A DNA stretch of 64,000 nt from the NCBI GenBank assembly GCA_965205845.1, contig CBDBIG010000003.1:20453-84452 (forward strand). Reading direction: 5' to 3'. Every line of letters begins with the position of its first letter. Positions within the stretch are counted from its first letter, which is position 1. The notes below the pieces were generated by a model that was not told the origin of the DNA, did no database searches, and was given only the letters and a program-made list of their open reading frames with translations. This DNA comes from a bacterium. GTDB taxonomy: Bacteria; SAR324; JACQKK01. The translations under genes and the position numbers were made by a program. Shown here in pieces: positions 1-9,509 of the stretch.

Positions 1-410
1 ACCTGGGGGATGGTTTGGGCTTGCATGTGGGGACTCCTTATTAAGGGTGTCAGGGTGTGGTTTAAAGGGGGGGCATCCCTTTTTCTAAGCGTGCGCCAAC
101 ATAAACCTTTGGCGTTTTCATCTATAGCCCTCCTTGCCAGCGTTGTAGCCCTGCGCGGGGTCGGTTGCTGGGGCGAACAAACCCCCTCCTGCCTTGGCCA
201 CGCAAAAAAAAGAGGTTTTTTACCCATGCCTTATAGGCGCGTCTCCCCTTTGAGATGCCATTTTTGTCGTGCTGCGCTTAAACTGTTGATGTCAATTTTC
301 ATGACGGGTCTCCTTTATTTATTTAAGCAAAACATGGGGCTGCTTGTGTGCCGCGTATAAATGCGAACAGGCAGGTGCACGCAGACGCCTGTTTTTGGGC
401 TTGATCGGGT

Positions 411-1443
411 TCATTCGCTAACTCCTCCCCGCTCGGAATAAGCGGTTTTAAGGTGGCTTAGGCTAAGGGCCTGCCGTGCCCCGTTTGCCGCCAGGCTGGC
501 CAAGCGTAGGGTTTTGGTAACCTCACGCAGTGCGCCGTGGCCGTGACCAATTTTGATTAAAAAGCCAAGGGCTTTCTGCTCGCTTACTCCCCATGCTTGG
601 GCAATGGCCTCTACATCGGCACGGCGGGCTTTTTTGGGGTTTAACACCTTGCCAACGCGGCTAAACAACTGGGCATACTCTGCCGAGCGCGGGCCGCTCA
701 TCCGGGTGTAGACGCTCTCGTTGCCCATGAACACCAGGGCGCAAGCAGTGGCATCGTGCAAAGCGCGTAGGCATTCCAAGGCGGGGCGGGTAAGGTGCTG
801 TGCCTCGTCTATAATCAGCAGGGCGTCTTTTTTTGAGAGATAGGCTGAGAAGCATGCGGTAAACCACATCTCCCCCGCGTCCGTCCGCGCGCTGGCTTGG
901 GGCAAGGGCAAACAAAAGGGCTTTAAGGCAGGCAGGGGCGCTGGCAAAACTGGGCACCATTGTGCACACCCAGCAATTAGGGCGGGTTTGGGCGTAGTGC
1001 TGGGCGGTGATGGTTTTGCCAACCCCTGCGCCACCGCACACCACCGCGATGTCGCGGCTTAGGTGGGCGTAGGCAATGGCCATGCCGATTTGGCGGGCTG
1101 TGGGGGTTTCTATCCAGTCTGCGCCCTTGCTGGGCAAAAAGGCGGTTTGGCAGGCTTGGTCTTCTAGCCATTGGCAAACCTTGGCTTCAAGGGCGGCGTT
1201 ATCGCCCGTGTACTTGCCGTTAAGCCAGCGCGAAAGCGCTGTTGCCCCGCACCCAATCCGCTTGGCCGCATCGGCTTGGGACAGGCACTGCTCGGTTAAG
1301 ACCGTCTGTAGCCCCGACCGCAAAATTGACGCCTGATTGCTCGCCTCGGCGGCGGGCAATGGGGACTTTGCTAACGGGGTGAGTGGTGGCTGATCGCCCT
1401 CTTGCACCACCTGTAAACTAGGGGTTGCCTTTGCTTGGTGCAT
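411..1443 (-). pseudogene. MuB-like AAA+ transposition ATPase, split across two overlapping frames (single frameshift near 900-1030)
   Basis: The N-terminal HTH plus Walker A (VVCGGAGVGKT) lies in ORF 661-1443. Walker B (LLIIDEAQHL) and the C-terminus lie in ORF 411-1034 in another frame. Confidence 0.6.
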
Positions 1444-1541
1444 GTTTTATACTCCATGTATTGTGTTGGTTGGCGGGGCTCTATGCCCCGCGGTTTAAGC
1501 CCTGCTACGGTTCTTGGCTGTCCGTGTGGGGCTTTTTGGTT

Positions 1542-3480
1542 TTAAAAGCCCTCCACCTGGCGCTGTGCTTCCATTTGTTTAAGGGCGTTTTCCAGCCCCC
1601 TGTTAAAGTTCTCTCTCTCCTCTTGGCTTACCTCTTCGTCTGACTTGCGCTGGGCAAACACCCCCGTGATGATTTTGGACGTGTGCTCCTCGGCTGGGGG
1701 CGCGCCCGTGCTAAGCCCCGCCGCCACCTCGGCCGCACTTAGGGTGCGCTGGGCGGCCAGTTCTTCTTTGGTGGCTTTTTTGTGCTGTTTTTGCGCCTTG
1801 GCATGGGCCCTGGCGGCGGCTTGATCGGTATACCCAATCGCGGCAATACAAGGCGCAAAGCACACCAGACGCCCATCGGGGGTTTCAACCTGCACGCCAT
1901 CGCGCGGGGCGTCGGGGTCAAAGCGCACCGTGAGATGCTTGCCGGCGTAGGGGGCTAGTTTTTTGTGCCAGAAACGGTTGCCCAAAATCCTAACGCTGGC
2001 ATCGTCGCGGTGAGCCAACACCTTCTCGGCTGCCATCAAAAAGGCGCGCTGCTGCTGGGGTGTGGCTTTGGTGATTGGGGCTTGGGCGTAGCTCTGGTTG
2101 TAAACCGCATCAAAACTGCGCCCGTTGCACACGCCCCCGGTGCGCCCCGTTTGGGCATTGTGCAAGGCAATTTGCCGGTTTGCGTGGGTCCGAAAGGCTT
2201 CAATCTCAATCGCCTTGCTGGCATAGTTCTCGGGCTTGGCGCTGGGGCTGTTGCCCGTGTAGGCGCCCGCGCAAAAGGGGTGCTTTGCAATGCTTTCACA
2301 CAGGTCTTTAAAGGCGCGTTCAATGGGCTTTGATTGGCCATGATAGGGCATTGCCCAGTGGATTTTGCAGCCCAAAGCCGTGAGCAAACCTTGGGGTTCT
2401 TCTGCCTTGATTTTAAAGCGAAAGCGGTTTTTAGCCCCGCCCGTTAGCCACTTGCTAGCAAAGGCGCGCCCGTTGTCGAGCAGCACGGCTTGGGGCACGC
2501 CGTGGTTTTTAAGCAGGTCGGCAAAAGCTAAACGCACCAACAAGGTGCTCTCGTTTAAGCCAATCCGCCAAGCCACAATTTTGCCCCTCGTAAACATCCT
2601 GCAAGGCAAGCAACATGGGGCGCACGGGCTTTTTTTGCCCTGGCCACTTGGTAAAAACATCAAAGCGGTGACCATCGCCGCAAACCAAGGCCAGCGCAAA
2701 AAGGTCTTTTGCGGTGCGCTCTTGGGCGGGGTAGGTGTTTTCTAATGCCCCTTCGCCGCGCCTTGCTAGCATAATCGTAGGGCGTGACACCTCGCGCTTT
2801 AGCCTGCGGGTAAGGGTTTTTAAACTGGGCAGTTGCCAGTCGTTTTGGGCGGCTGCCTGTTGCAAGCGGCGGTAGCAAGCCGTGGCGCTGGGGCGTTCGG
2901 GGCGCAAATAGTCGCTTTTGTAGATACTCCAAGCCTCAAGGGTGCCATTGGCCGTTTGTTGCCCGCCGCCGTGGCTGGGCGCAAGCATCGGAAGCCAGTC
3001 GGTGATTGGGTAGGAACGCACCCGCTCAAGCCAACGGAACACGGTTTTACGGTCGGGGGCTGCCCCCTGTTTTTGCAGGGCTGCGATGGCTTGGTTGCGG
3101 GTTAAGCCGTTGCTCTCCAGTGCAAGCAGGGCCATTAAAACCGCCATGCGCTTGTGGCCTTGTTTTTGCTGGCTCCCAGGCAAACGGCCAAACGCATCCC
3201 AACGCTGAATTGAAGAAGAGGATGCGCCATCCTTGGCGCGTTTCATGGCCTGCTTGCCCTCCTTTGTGTGGGTTGTATACCAGCGCATTGCCAATGCCGC
3301 CTGAACTGCCCTGGGCAGGCTGCCAAAATGGTATTCCTTGCCGCCGCCACAGCCTATGGGTGAACGTGAGAGTGACTGAAAACGCCAGGCTTCTTTGTCG
3401 GCCATGCGGCGTATTACGCGTTCATTTATTGACAAACCCGCCACACCGACCAATTCTTGTGCGCTGTACCATTGTTGCAT
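1542..3480 (-). pseudogene. MuA-like DDE transposase, split across two frames (frameshift within 2509-2699; may be an authentic pseudogene or a sequencing error in a T-homopolymer)
   Basis: The N-terminus (MQQWYSAQELVGVAGL) is an MuA-type DNA-binding domain. The first catalytic Asp region (CGDGHRFDVF) is in ORF 2509-3534. The DNGRAF second-Asp region and the remaining core are in ORF 1542-2699. Confidence 0.6.
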
Positions 3481-3697
3481 GCTGCTGTATCCTTTTTTAT
3501 ACAAACAATTCGCCCGTCTGCGAGTTTCGCCCATCGTTTAGGCCAGATTTCCCAAAGTGGAACTTGAATAATTTTTGTTGCGCAGTTAAATTTTACCGTT
3601 TTTCGCAAATAAGATACTGATGTCTTTGTTTTTGTTAATTTTTTACGCATCTATCAATGGATAGATTGTTGCGTACTTCTTTGCACAGTTTGGAGGG

Positions 3698-3997
3698 TTA
3701 AGTACGCAATGCGGGGGTCGTGATTTCCCTCTTGTTTTTAACGAACTCAAGCTCGTATTTCACGACAACCTTGATTTCTTTGAGAGCGCAATCCAGACAT
3801 GCGGGGGTCGTGATTTCCCTCTTGTTTTTAACGAACCCAAGCTTGTATTCCACGACAGCCTTTGCGGTGGCAGTCTCAAAATTGCCGTTCTCATCTTCAA
3901 AACCCTCGGTAATCTCATAATTGTGGTCCGCATTGGGGAAGAGTTCCTGCCCGCATTTGCAGTGGGTGCTTGTGGTTTGTTGTGTTTTTAGTGCCAT
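3698..3997 (-). CDS. hypothetical small protein between ner and A, with an internal ~24-aa duplication encoded by an imperfect 63-bp direct repeat (3708-3770 and 3795-3857)
   Basis: The ORF is on the same strand as ner and A. The repeat is visible in both DNA and protein. No family was recognised. Confidence 0.3.
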   Translation of the reverse strand: MALKTQQTTSTHCKCGQELFPNADHNYEITEGFEDENGNFETATAKAVVEYKLGFVKNKREITTPACLDCALKEIKVVVKYELEFVKNKREITTPALRT

Positions 3998-4314
3998 TTG
4001 GTAATGCGTCCTTGTTGGTTTGTGTTATGCCCTTGTTTCATCATGCTCCAAGCCAGCCTTTTCTTGCGGATGCCCGTGCCCATTGGCGAACCGTCCGCCT
4101 TGTAACGGCTGGGCCAAATCACCTGCGGGTGCACCCCTATAATATCGGCAATCGTTTTTTCTAAATCCGGCCAGCGCTGGATTTTGACGCGACAGCAAAC
4201 GCAGGCGTAGGAATAGCCTTTTTCTTTTGAAATCCTGGTAAGGGTGTAGCCCTTTTTTGCCAAGGCTGCCCTAACGTCCATCCAATGCCAGTCTTGGGAG
4301 GTATTTGTGTCCAT
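3988..4314 (-). CDS. ner: Ner-like DNA-binding regulator with a ~30-aa C-terminal extension
   Basis: DWHWMDVRAALAKKGYTLTRISKEKGY ... RWPDLEKTIADIIGVHPQVIWPSRY aligns with Mu Ner (DWHRADVIAGLKKRKLSLSALSRQFGY ... HWPKGEQIIANALETKPEVIWPSRY). Confidence 0.8.
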   Translation of the reverse strand: MDTNTSQDWHWMDVRAALAKKGYTLTRISKEKGYSYACVCCRVKIQRWPDLEKTIADIIGVHPQVIWPSRYKADGSPMGTGIRKKRLAWSMMKQGHNTNQQGRITKWH

Positions 4315-4505
4315 GACGCCTTTTTTGATATAATTTTTAGAAAGCGGTTTTTTAAACTAAAAATACAATAGCATTAGCGTTTAAAAAAATGCAATAGCAA
4401 ATTTGTTTTTTTTTTGAGTCCGAGTTCATATTTATTTTTAAAACCACACAAGGCAATGGAAATCCTTTGTTTATAGGGGCTAAGGACGGTTATACAGGTG
4501 AAAAT
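4315..4505. promoter_or_regulatory. divergent ner/c promoter-operator region, AT-rich, with repeated caatagca motifs and the DR0 copy gagtccgagtt (4416-4426)
   Basis: Intergenic region between divergent ner and c. Repeats are 21 bp apart. AGGTGA RBS sits 6 nt upstream of the ATG at 4506. Confidence 0.5.
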
Positions 4506-5609
4506 ATGAGTCCGAGTTTGGGTCCGAGTTCGAGTAGTAAACTCGGACACTTTATCAAAAGGCTCCGTCTGCTTATGCAAGGACAGACTGAAAAGTCTTT
4601 CTCTACCCAAGTAGGACTTCATCAAGCCACATTTAGGCGATATTTAGACGGCAGCGAACCATCCAGGAAATCTTTAATTGCTATTGCAAATGGGGCTAAT
4701 GTCACCATTCAATGGCTGGCCACTGGTGAGGGCCCGATGCGCCCTGTTGAAAGCCTGATGTACCCCGAGGATGAAAGCCTTGAGGAGGATATCGCGCGGA
4801 TGGAGGCGAAAATGGCCCGGGAGGATGCGGAGTCGCTTCGAAAAACGGGCAAGCCTAAGGTTTGGCGGTCGTCCGATGTGGAGATGGATGAAGGGACCGC
4901 GCTGATGATCAGGGTGCATTTAGCGGAAAACAGCCGCCTGAGCAAAGAAAACGAGGCCCTGAGGGCCGCGGGCTTTGGTGGGGGGCCGGCCCCGTCCCTT
5001 GCCTTGGAGCAGGAAATTGCGGAGTTGAAGCGCAGAATTGAAGCGCAACAAAACCTGCTGAACGACACCCATTCGATGAGGAATGATTTCGACGCCAAAA
5101 GGCGGGAAATTGAATTGCTTAAAGAGATGGCCGCGCTTAAGCAACTGGTTAAACAGCCCCCGCCCCCGCCTACCACAAGCGGTATTGCCAACATGACCCT
5201 GCTGGGCTTGGCGGAATGCGGGCTGGTGGGTTGGCAGCAAAAAAGGCCCTTAAGCGTAAAAGCGAACTGCCCCGCCGATATGAACCCCGCAGAAGACTTT
5301 GCGGTGATGGCCACGGGACACAGTCTGTTTTACGCGGGGATTGAGCCTGGCTTTATCTGTTTTTGCGCGCCTAAAAGCGAGGCACAGGTGGGGGATGTGG
5401 TGTTTGTGCTAAAGCCGAACAACCTTGCCAGTTTGGGATTGGTGAAAGAATTAAAGCGCAAAGAAGGGGGAGTAGAATGGCTGGTGCTCCAAAAATGGGA
5501 CGACCCCGACCCCAAAACGGGGGAGCGAAAACCTTACACCCTGAAAGAAAACATGGACGAAATAGAACAGGTTGTGCCCGTGATTTATGTGCAACGCAGG
5601 GCGGTTTAG
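4506..5609 (+). CDS. prophage repressor (CI/Mu c-like): N-terminal HTH_XRE, central coiled-coil, C-terminal S24/LexA-like domain
   Basis: QTEKSFSTQVGLHQATFRRYLDG is an HTH. The C-terminus (VMATGHSLFYAGIEPGF...VGDVVFVLKPNN...LVKELK) has a LexA-like fold. The gene is divergent from ner. The ATG at 4506 has a good RBS; the ORF track starts earlier at a TTG (4467). Confidence 0.7.
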   Translation: MSPSLGPSSSSKLGHFIKRLRLLMQGQTEKSFSTQVGLHQATFRRYLDGSEPSRKSLIAIANGANVTIQWLATGEGPMRPVESLMYPEDESLEEDIARMEAKMAREDAESLRKTGKPKVWRSSDVEMDEGTALMIRVHLAENSRLSKENEALRAAGFGGGPAPSLALEQEIAELKRRIEAQQNLLNDTHSMRNDFDAKRREIELLKEMAALKQLVKQPPPPPTTSGIANMTLLGLAECGLVGWQQKRPLSVKANCPADMNPAEDFAVMATGHSLFYAGIEPGFICFCAPKSEAQVGDVVFVLKPNNLASLGLVKELKRKEGGVEWLVLQKWDDPDPKTGERKPYTLKENMDEIEQVVPVIYVQRRAV

Positions 5610-7640
5610 AAAAAAAGGAGTTTAAAGCTAGATTATTTTTTATTTTTGAGCCAATCGCGCAAAAGCCTTTATAAAACAAGGGCTTGATCCATGAAAAGGG
5701 CGAAAAATTGAGTTTAAAGCTGAGTTTAAAGCTAGAGCACCTAGCTTTAAACTTTTGCGGGGTGGTTTTGGGGGTTTGTGCTAAAGCCGAACAGCCTTGC
5801 CCGTTTGGGATTGGTGAAAGAATTAAAGCGCAAAGAAGGGGGAGTAGAATGGCTGGTGCTCCAAAAATGGGACGACCCCGACCCCAAAACGGGGGAGCGA
5901 AAACCTTACACCCTGAAAGAAAACATGGACGAAATAGAACAGGTTGTGCCCGTGATTTATGTGCAACCCAGGGCGGTTTAAAAAAAAAGGAGTTACAAGC
6001 TAGATTATTTTTTATTTTTAGGCCAACCGCACAAAAGCCTTTATAAAACAAGGGCTTGATCCATAAAAAGGGCGAAAAATTGAGTTACAAGCTGAGTTAC
6101 AAGCTAGAGTGCCCAGCTTGTAACTTTTGCGGGGTGGTTTTGGGGGTTTGTGCTAAAGCCGAACAGCCTTGCCCGTTTGGGATTGGTGAAAGAATGGAGG
6201 CACAAAGAAGGGGGGCAACCTGGCTGGTGCTCCAAAAATGGGACGACCCCAACCCCAAAACGGGCGAGCGAAAACCCTACACCTTGCAAGAGAACATGGA
6301 CGAAATAGAACAGGTTGTGCCCGTGATTTATGTGCAACCCAGGGCGGTTTAAAAAAAAAGGAGTTCACAGTTCAATTATTTTTTATTTTTGAGCCAACCG
6401 CACAAAAGCCTTTATAAAACAAGGGCTTGATCCATAAAAAGGGCGAAAAATTGAGTTCAAAGCTGAGTTCAAAGCTAGAGTGCCTAGCTTTGAACTTTTA
6501 CGGGGTGGTTTTGGGGGTTTGTGCTAAAGCCGAACAGCCTTGCCCGTTTGGGATTGGTGAAAGAATGGAGGCACAAAGAAGGGGGGCAACCTGGCTGGTG
6601 CTCCAAAAATGGGACGACCCCAACCCCAAAACGGGCGAGCGAAAACCCTACACCTTGCAAGAGAACATGGACGAAATAGAACAGGTTGTGCCCGTGATTT
6701 ACGTGCAACCCAGGGCGGTTTAAAAAAAAAGGAGTTCAAAGCTAGATTATTTTTTATTTTTAGGCCAACCGCACAAAAGCCTTTATAAAACAAGGGCTTG
6801 ATCCATGAAAAGGGCGAAAAATTGAGTTCACAGTTCAGTTCACAGTTCGAGCGCTGAACTGTGAACTTTTGCGGGGTGGTTTTGGGGGTTTGTGCTAAAG
6901 CCGAACAACCTTGCCCGTTTGGGATTGGTGAAAGAATGGAGGCGCAAAGAAGGGGGGGCAACCTGGCTGGTGCTCCAAAAATGGGACGACCCCAACCCCA
7001 AAACGGGGGAGCGAAAACCCTACACCTTGCAAGAGAACATGGACGAAATAGAACAGGTTGTGCCCGTGATTTATGTGCAACCCAGGGCGGTTTAAAAAAA
7101 AGGATGTTATTTTTGATTCGTAAAAAACTATTTTTGATATTAACTATGTTGTTGATTTAAAAATAGAAATTTTCTTTACATGGATTCGTAAATAGATTCG
7201 TAAAAAACTATGGAATAACGAATCGTGAAGTGCCGAACTCCGACCTTTTGCGGGGTGGTTTTGGGGGTTTGTGCTAAAGCCGAACAGCCTTGCCCGTTTG
7301 GGACTGGTGAAAGAATGGAGGCGCAAAGAAGGGGGGGCACAATGGCTGGTGCTCCAAAAATGGGACGACCCCGACCCCAAAACGGGGGAGCGAAAACCTT
7401 ACACCTTGCAAGAGAACATGGACGAAATAGAACAGGTTGTGCCCGTGATTTACGTGCAACCCAGGGCGGTTTAAAAAAAAAGGAGTTCAAAGCTAGATTA
7501 TTTTTTATTTTTAGGCCAATCGCGAAAAAGTATTTTCAAAACAAGGGTTTGATCCATGAAAAGGGCGAAAAATTGAGTTCAAAGCTGAGTTCAAAGCTAG
7601 AGCACCTAGCTTTGAACTTTTACGGGGTGGTTTTGGGGGT
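5402..7640. repeat. tandem array of six ~371-bp units (unit starts ~5402, 5775, 6146, 6517, 6888, 7267; last partial unit to 7640). Each unit is a c-leader-like module plus a copy of the last ~200 bp of the c gene
   Basis: The C-terminal 67 codons of c recur in ORFs 5778-5981, 6056-6352, 6427-6723, 6892-7095 and 7271-7474. The intervening ~170 bp is homologous to the c 5' leader. Confidence 0.9.
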
Positions 7641-7759
7641 TTGGTTTTACGCTTCAAACGCATTATTCCTTAGAAATTTCACAAAATCGCTACATTGTTG
7701 GCACCACTTTACGGTCACACTGGGGTAAAAAAACCTAGCGTGGGTAAGGTGGGTGGCAC

Positions 7760-8143
7760 ATGCGAGATATAGCGTTGTTTTTACTGGCTTTTATAACATT
7801 AAGCCTTGTATTTGCAGAGATTTGGTTAAGCCAAAACCGCTCTTTAAGGGTGTTTAAGGCGCACATAGTCGGTTGTTATGATGGCAACACCTGCAGGTTT
7901 ACCCTGCCCAGTCACCACCCCATTTTAGGCGAGGGGGTTCAGGTGCAAATTGTGGGGTTGCAAACGCCAAAACTACGCGAACCCACCTTAAGCAAGGCCA
8001 GCAGCGCGCGCGATGCCATGCGTGGCCTGCTTGAACGCGCCGATGATATTTTTTTAGTAAACACAAAGCGCAAAAACCGCAGCCTGCACGCCAGCGTATG
8101 CGCAAATGGCAAAGACATGGCAAAGACGCGCCAAATGGCTTAG
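7760..8143 (+). CDS. secreted thermonuclease (SNase)-like protein
   Basis: N-terminal signal/TM. VGCYDGNTCRF and VQIVGLQTPKL resemble the SNase V.DGDT and R..G.D.PE motifs. Confidence 0.45.
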   Translation: MRDIALFLLAFITLSLVFAEIWLSQNRSLRVFKAHIVGCYDGNTCRFTLPSHHPILGEGVQVQIVGLQTPKLREPTLSKASSARDAMRGLLERADDIFLVNTKRKNRSLHASVCANGKDMAKTRQMA

Positions 8144-8261
8144 CCAGCAAGGGTTGGGCGTGTTACACCCCCAGCGCAAAGCCCCCCAATGCGGGGCACA
8201 AGCCTTGGTTTGTATGCCTTTGTGGCGCATTTAATGCGCGTTAATGCAAGTTAATGCTATC

Positions 8262-8315
8262 GTTGCCCCAGTTGCCCCAGTTGCCCCAGTTGCCCCAGTT
8301 GCCCCAGTTGCGCCA
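8262..8315. repeat. 9-bp microsatellite (GTTGCCCCA) x5 plus one variant copy
   Basis: Direct reading. Encodes (PQL)n or (WGN)n depending on strand. Confidence 0.9.
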
Positions 8316-8825
8316 AGGGTTTTTATGGGCACTGGGGGGTGCCACCCTTGGCATTTTGGTGTGGCGCGGCGCGGAAACCTTGCTGGTTATAATGCTGGCG
8401 CACAGCAAAAGCACCTTGGCAGGGGGCATTGCGGCAGGCTGGCGAAGCATAAGCGCAAACTTTACCCAAACCGCCTTAAAACAAGCCGGGGCAGAGCGAG
8501 AGCGTGGGTCGAAGGGCTGCATTTTGCACCCCCCTAACCGCCATGCGGGGTTATCTGCTGCCAGAGCGCTGCGCGCCAAGGGGTTTATGACCACCCTAAA
8601 GGGAAGAACCCTTTCCATTTGGTGGTAAGCCTTTTTGCGAATTGCAAAGCGGCATTTGAACTTACCCTTATCGAACGCAGTTTGCCCCCTTCTAAAACCC
8701 TTCGAATGAAGCGCGTACCGAGTGTAAGCCCATGTGTCCCAAAAACGCGCAAACCCGCATTACACCGTTTTTTTGGCGGGACAATTTACACCACCCTTTT
8801 GGCGCAAACACACTGCCCGTAAACT

Positions 8826-8862
8826 GTTGAAAAACCACATAAAACCACATAAAACCACATAA
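8826..8862. repeat. 10-bp tandem repeat (aaaaccacat) x3.5
   Basis: Direct reading. Confidence 0.85.
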
Positions 8863-9509
8863 AACCATAATTTTTCGACCAGTGTAAAAGCAAGTGTCCG
8901 GGCACAGCGGGCACGCTTTCTTAAAAAACACCACTGCCGTCAAAGGCGTAACAGCGGCAAGCCACGGCAAACAGGCATCCTTGAACGCTTTGTTTTAGCA
9001 CCTTTGCGCCGTACGCATTGCCCTCCACCCTAAGCAACTGCAAAGGGGGAGGGCGTGTGGGCGAGTGCTTTTGCAAGGGGTTTTGGGCTCAAATGGGCAA
9101 GGGGCAGGTACCCAGGGCTGTTTTTGTTGCCAGTTTGTTGCCAATAAAATGCTCTAAAATATGCAGTTTCCACCTGTTTCCTATTCATTTTTTTCGATAA
9201 GTAATTGTTTTTATTAGAAACAAGCACGACAAGGTTTGCTTGTTTAGACTAACTTATACAGACTCTTTCTCATGCTTGCCGTGATAACCCCAAAGTTGGT
9301 TGTCATACGAACAGCCTCAAAATCTTTTCTTAACTGATCTCTTTTAACCCACAATGTAAACGTTTACACCGGGAGAATAAAAATTTTGCATTGCTCAGCC
9401 AAAATACGTTATCGTGGGGGCAAGTTTCGCTGTACACTATTTTTATAAAGTGCAAGGGGTGTTGCTCTGTGAACCCGCACTTTAACCATAAAAGAAAGCT
9501 TTTTCTTCC

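Larger units (their letters stand above)
1..7640. mobile_element. Mu-like transposable prophage, early/regulatory end (B, A, small ORF, ner on minus strand; c on plus strand), followed by a repeat array. The element continues beyond the window start; its left terminus lies somewhere in 7480-7760
   Basis: The gene order c <-> ner-A-B matches phage Mu. Ner, MuA and MuB motifs are recognisable. The SNase-like gene at 7760 is presumably outside the element. Confidence 0.7.

Noticed and set aside
10-360. 116-aa ORF at the window edge
   Set aside because: No homology, odd composition, overlaps the likely MuB 3' region. Probably spurious
5371-7490. Many 60-230-aa ORFs on both strands inside the array (e.g. 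5371-6051 minus, 5684-6046, 6104-6337, 7225-7728)
   Set aside because: They are repeated translations of the same tandem units in alternative frames and strands. Only the c-frame C-terminal fragments, and the leader-to-C-terminus ORFs in units 2 and 3, have any homology support
5402-7640. CRISPR array or DGR/retron explanation for the array
   Set aside because: Units are ~371 bp with no short repeat/spacer alternation and no cas genes. No reverse transcriptase is nearby. Substitutions between c and the copies are not adenine-specific
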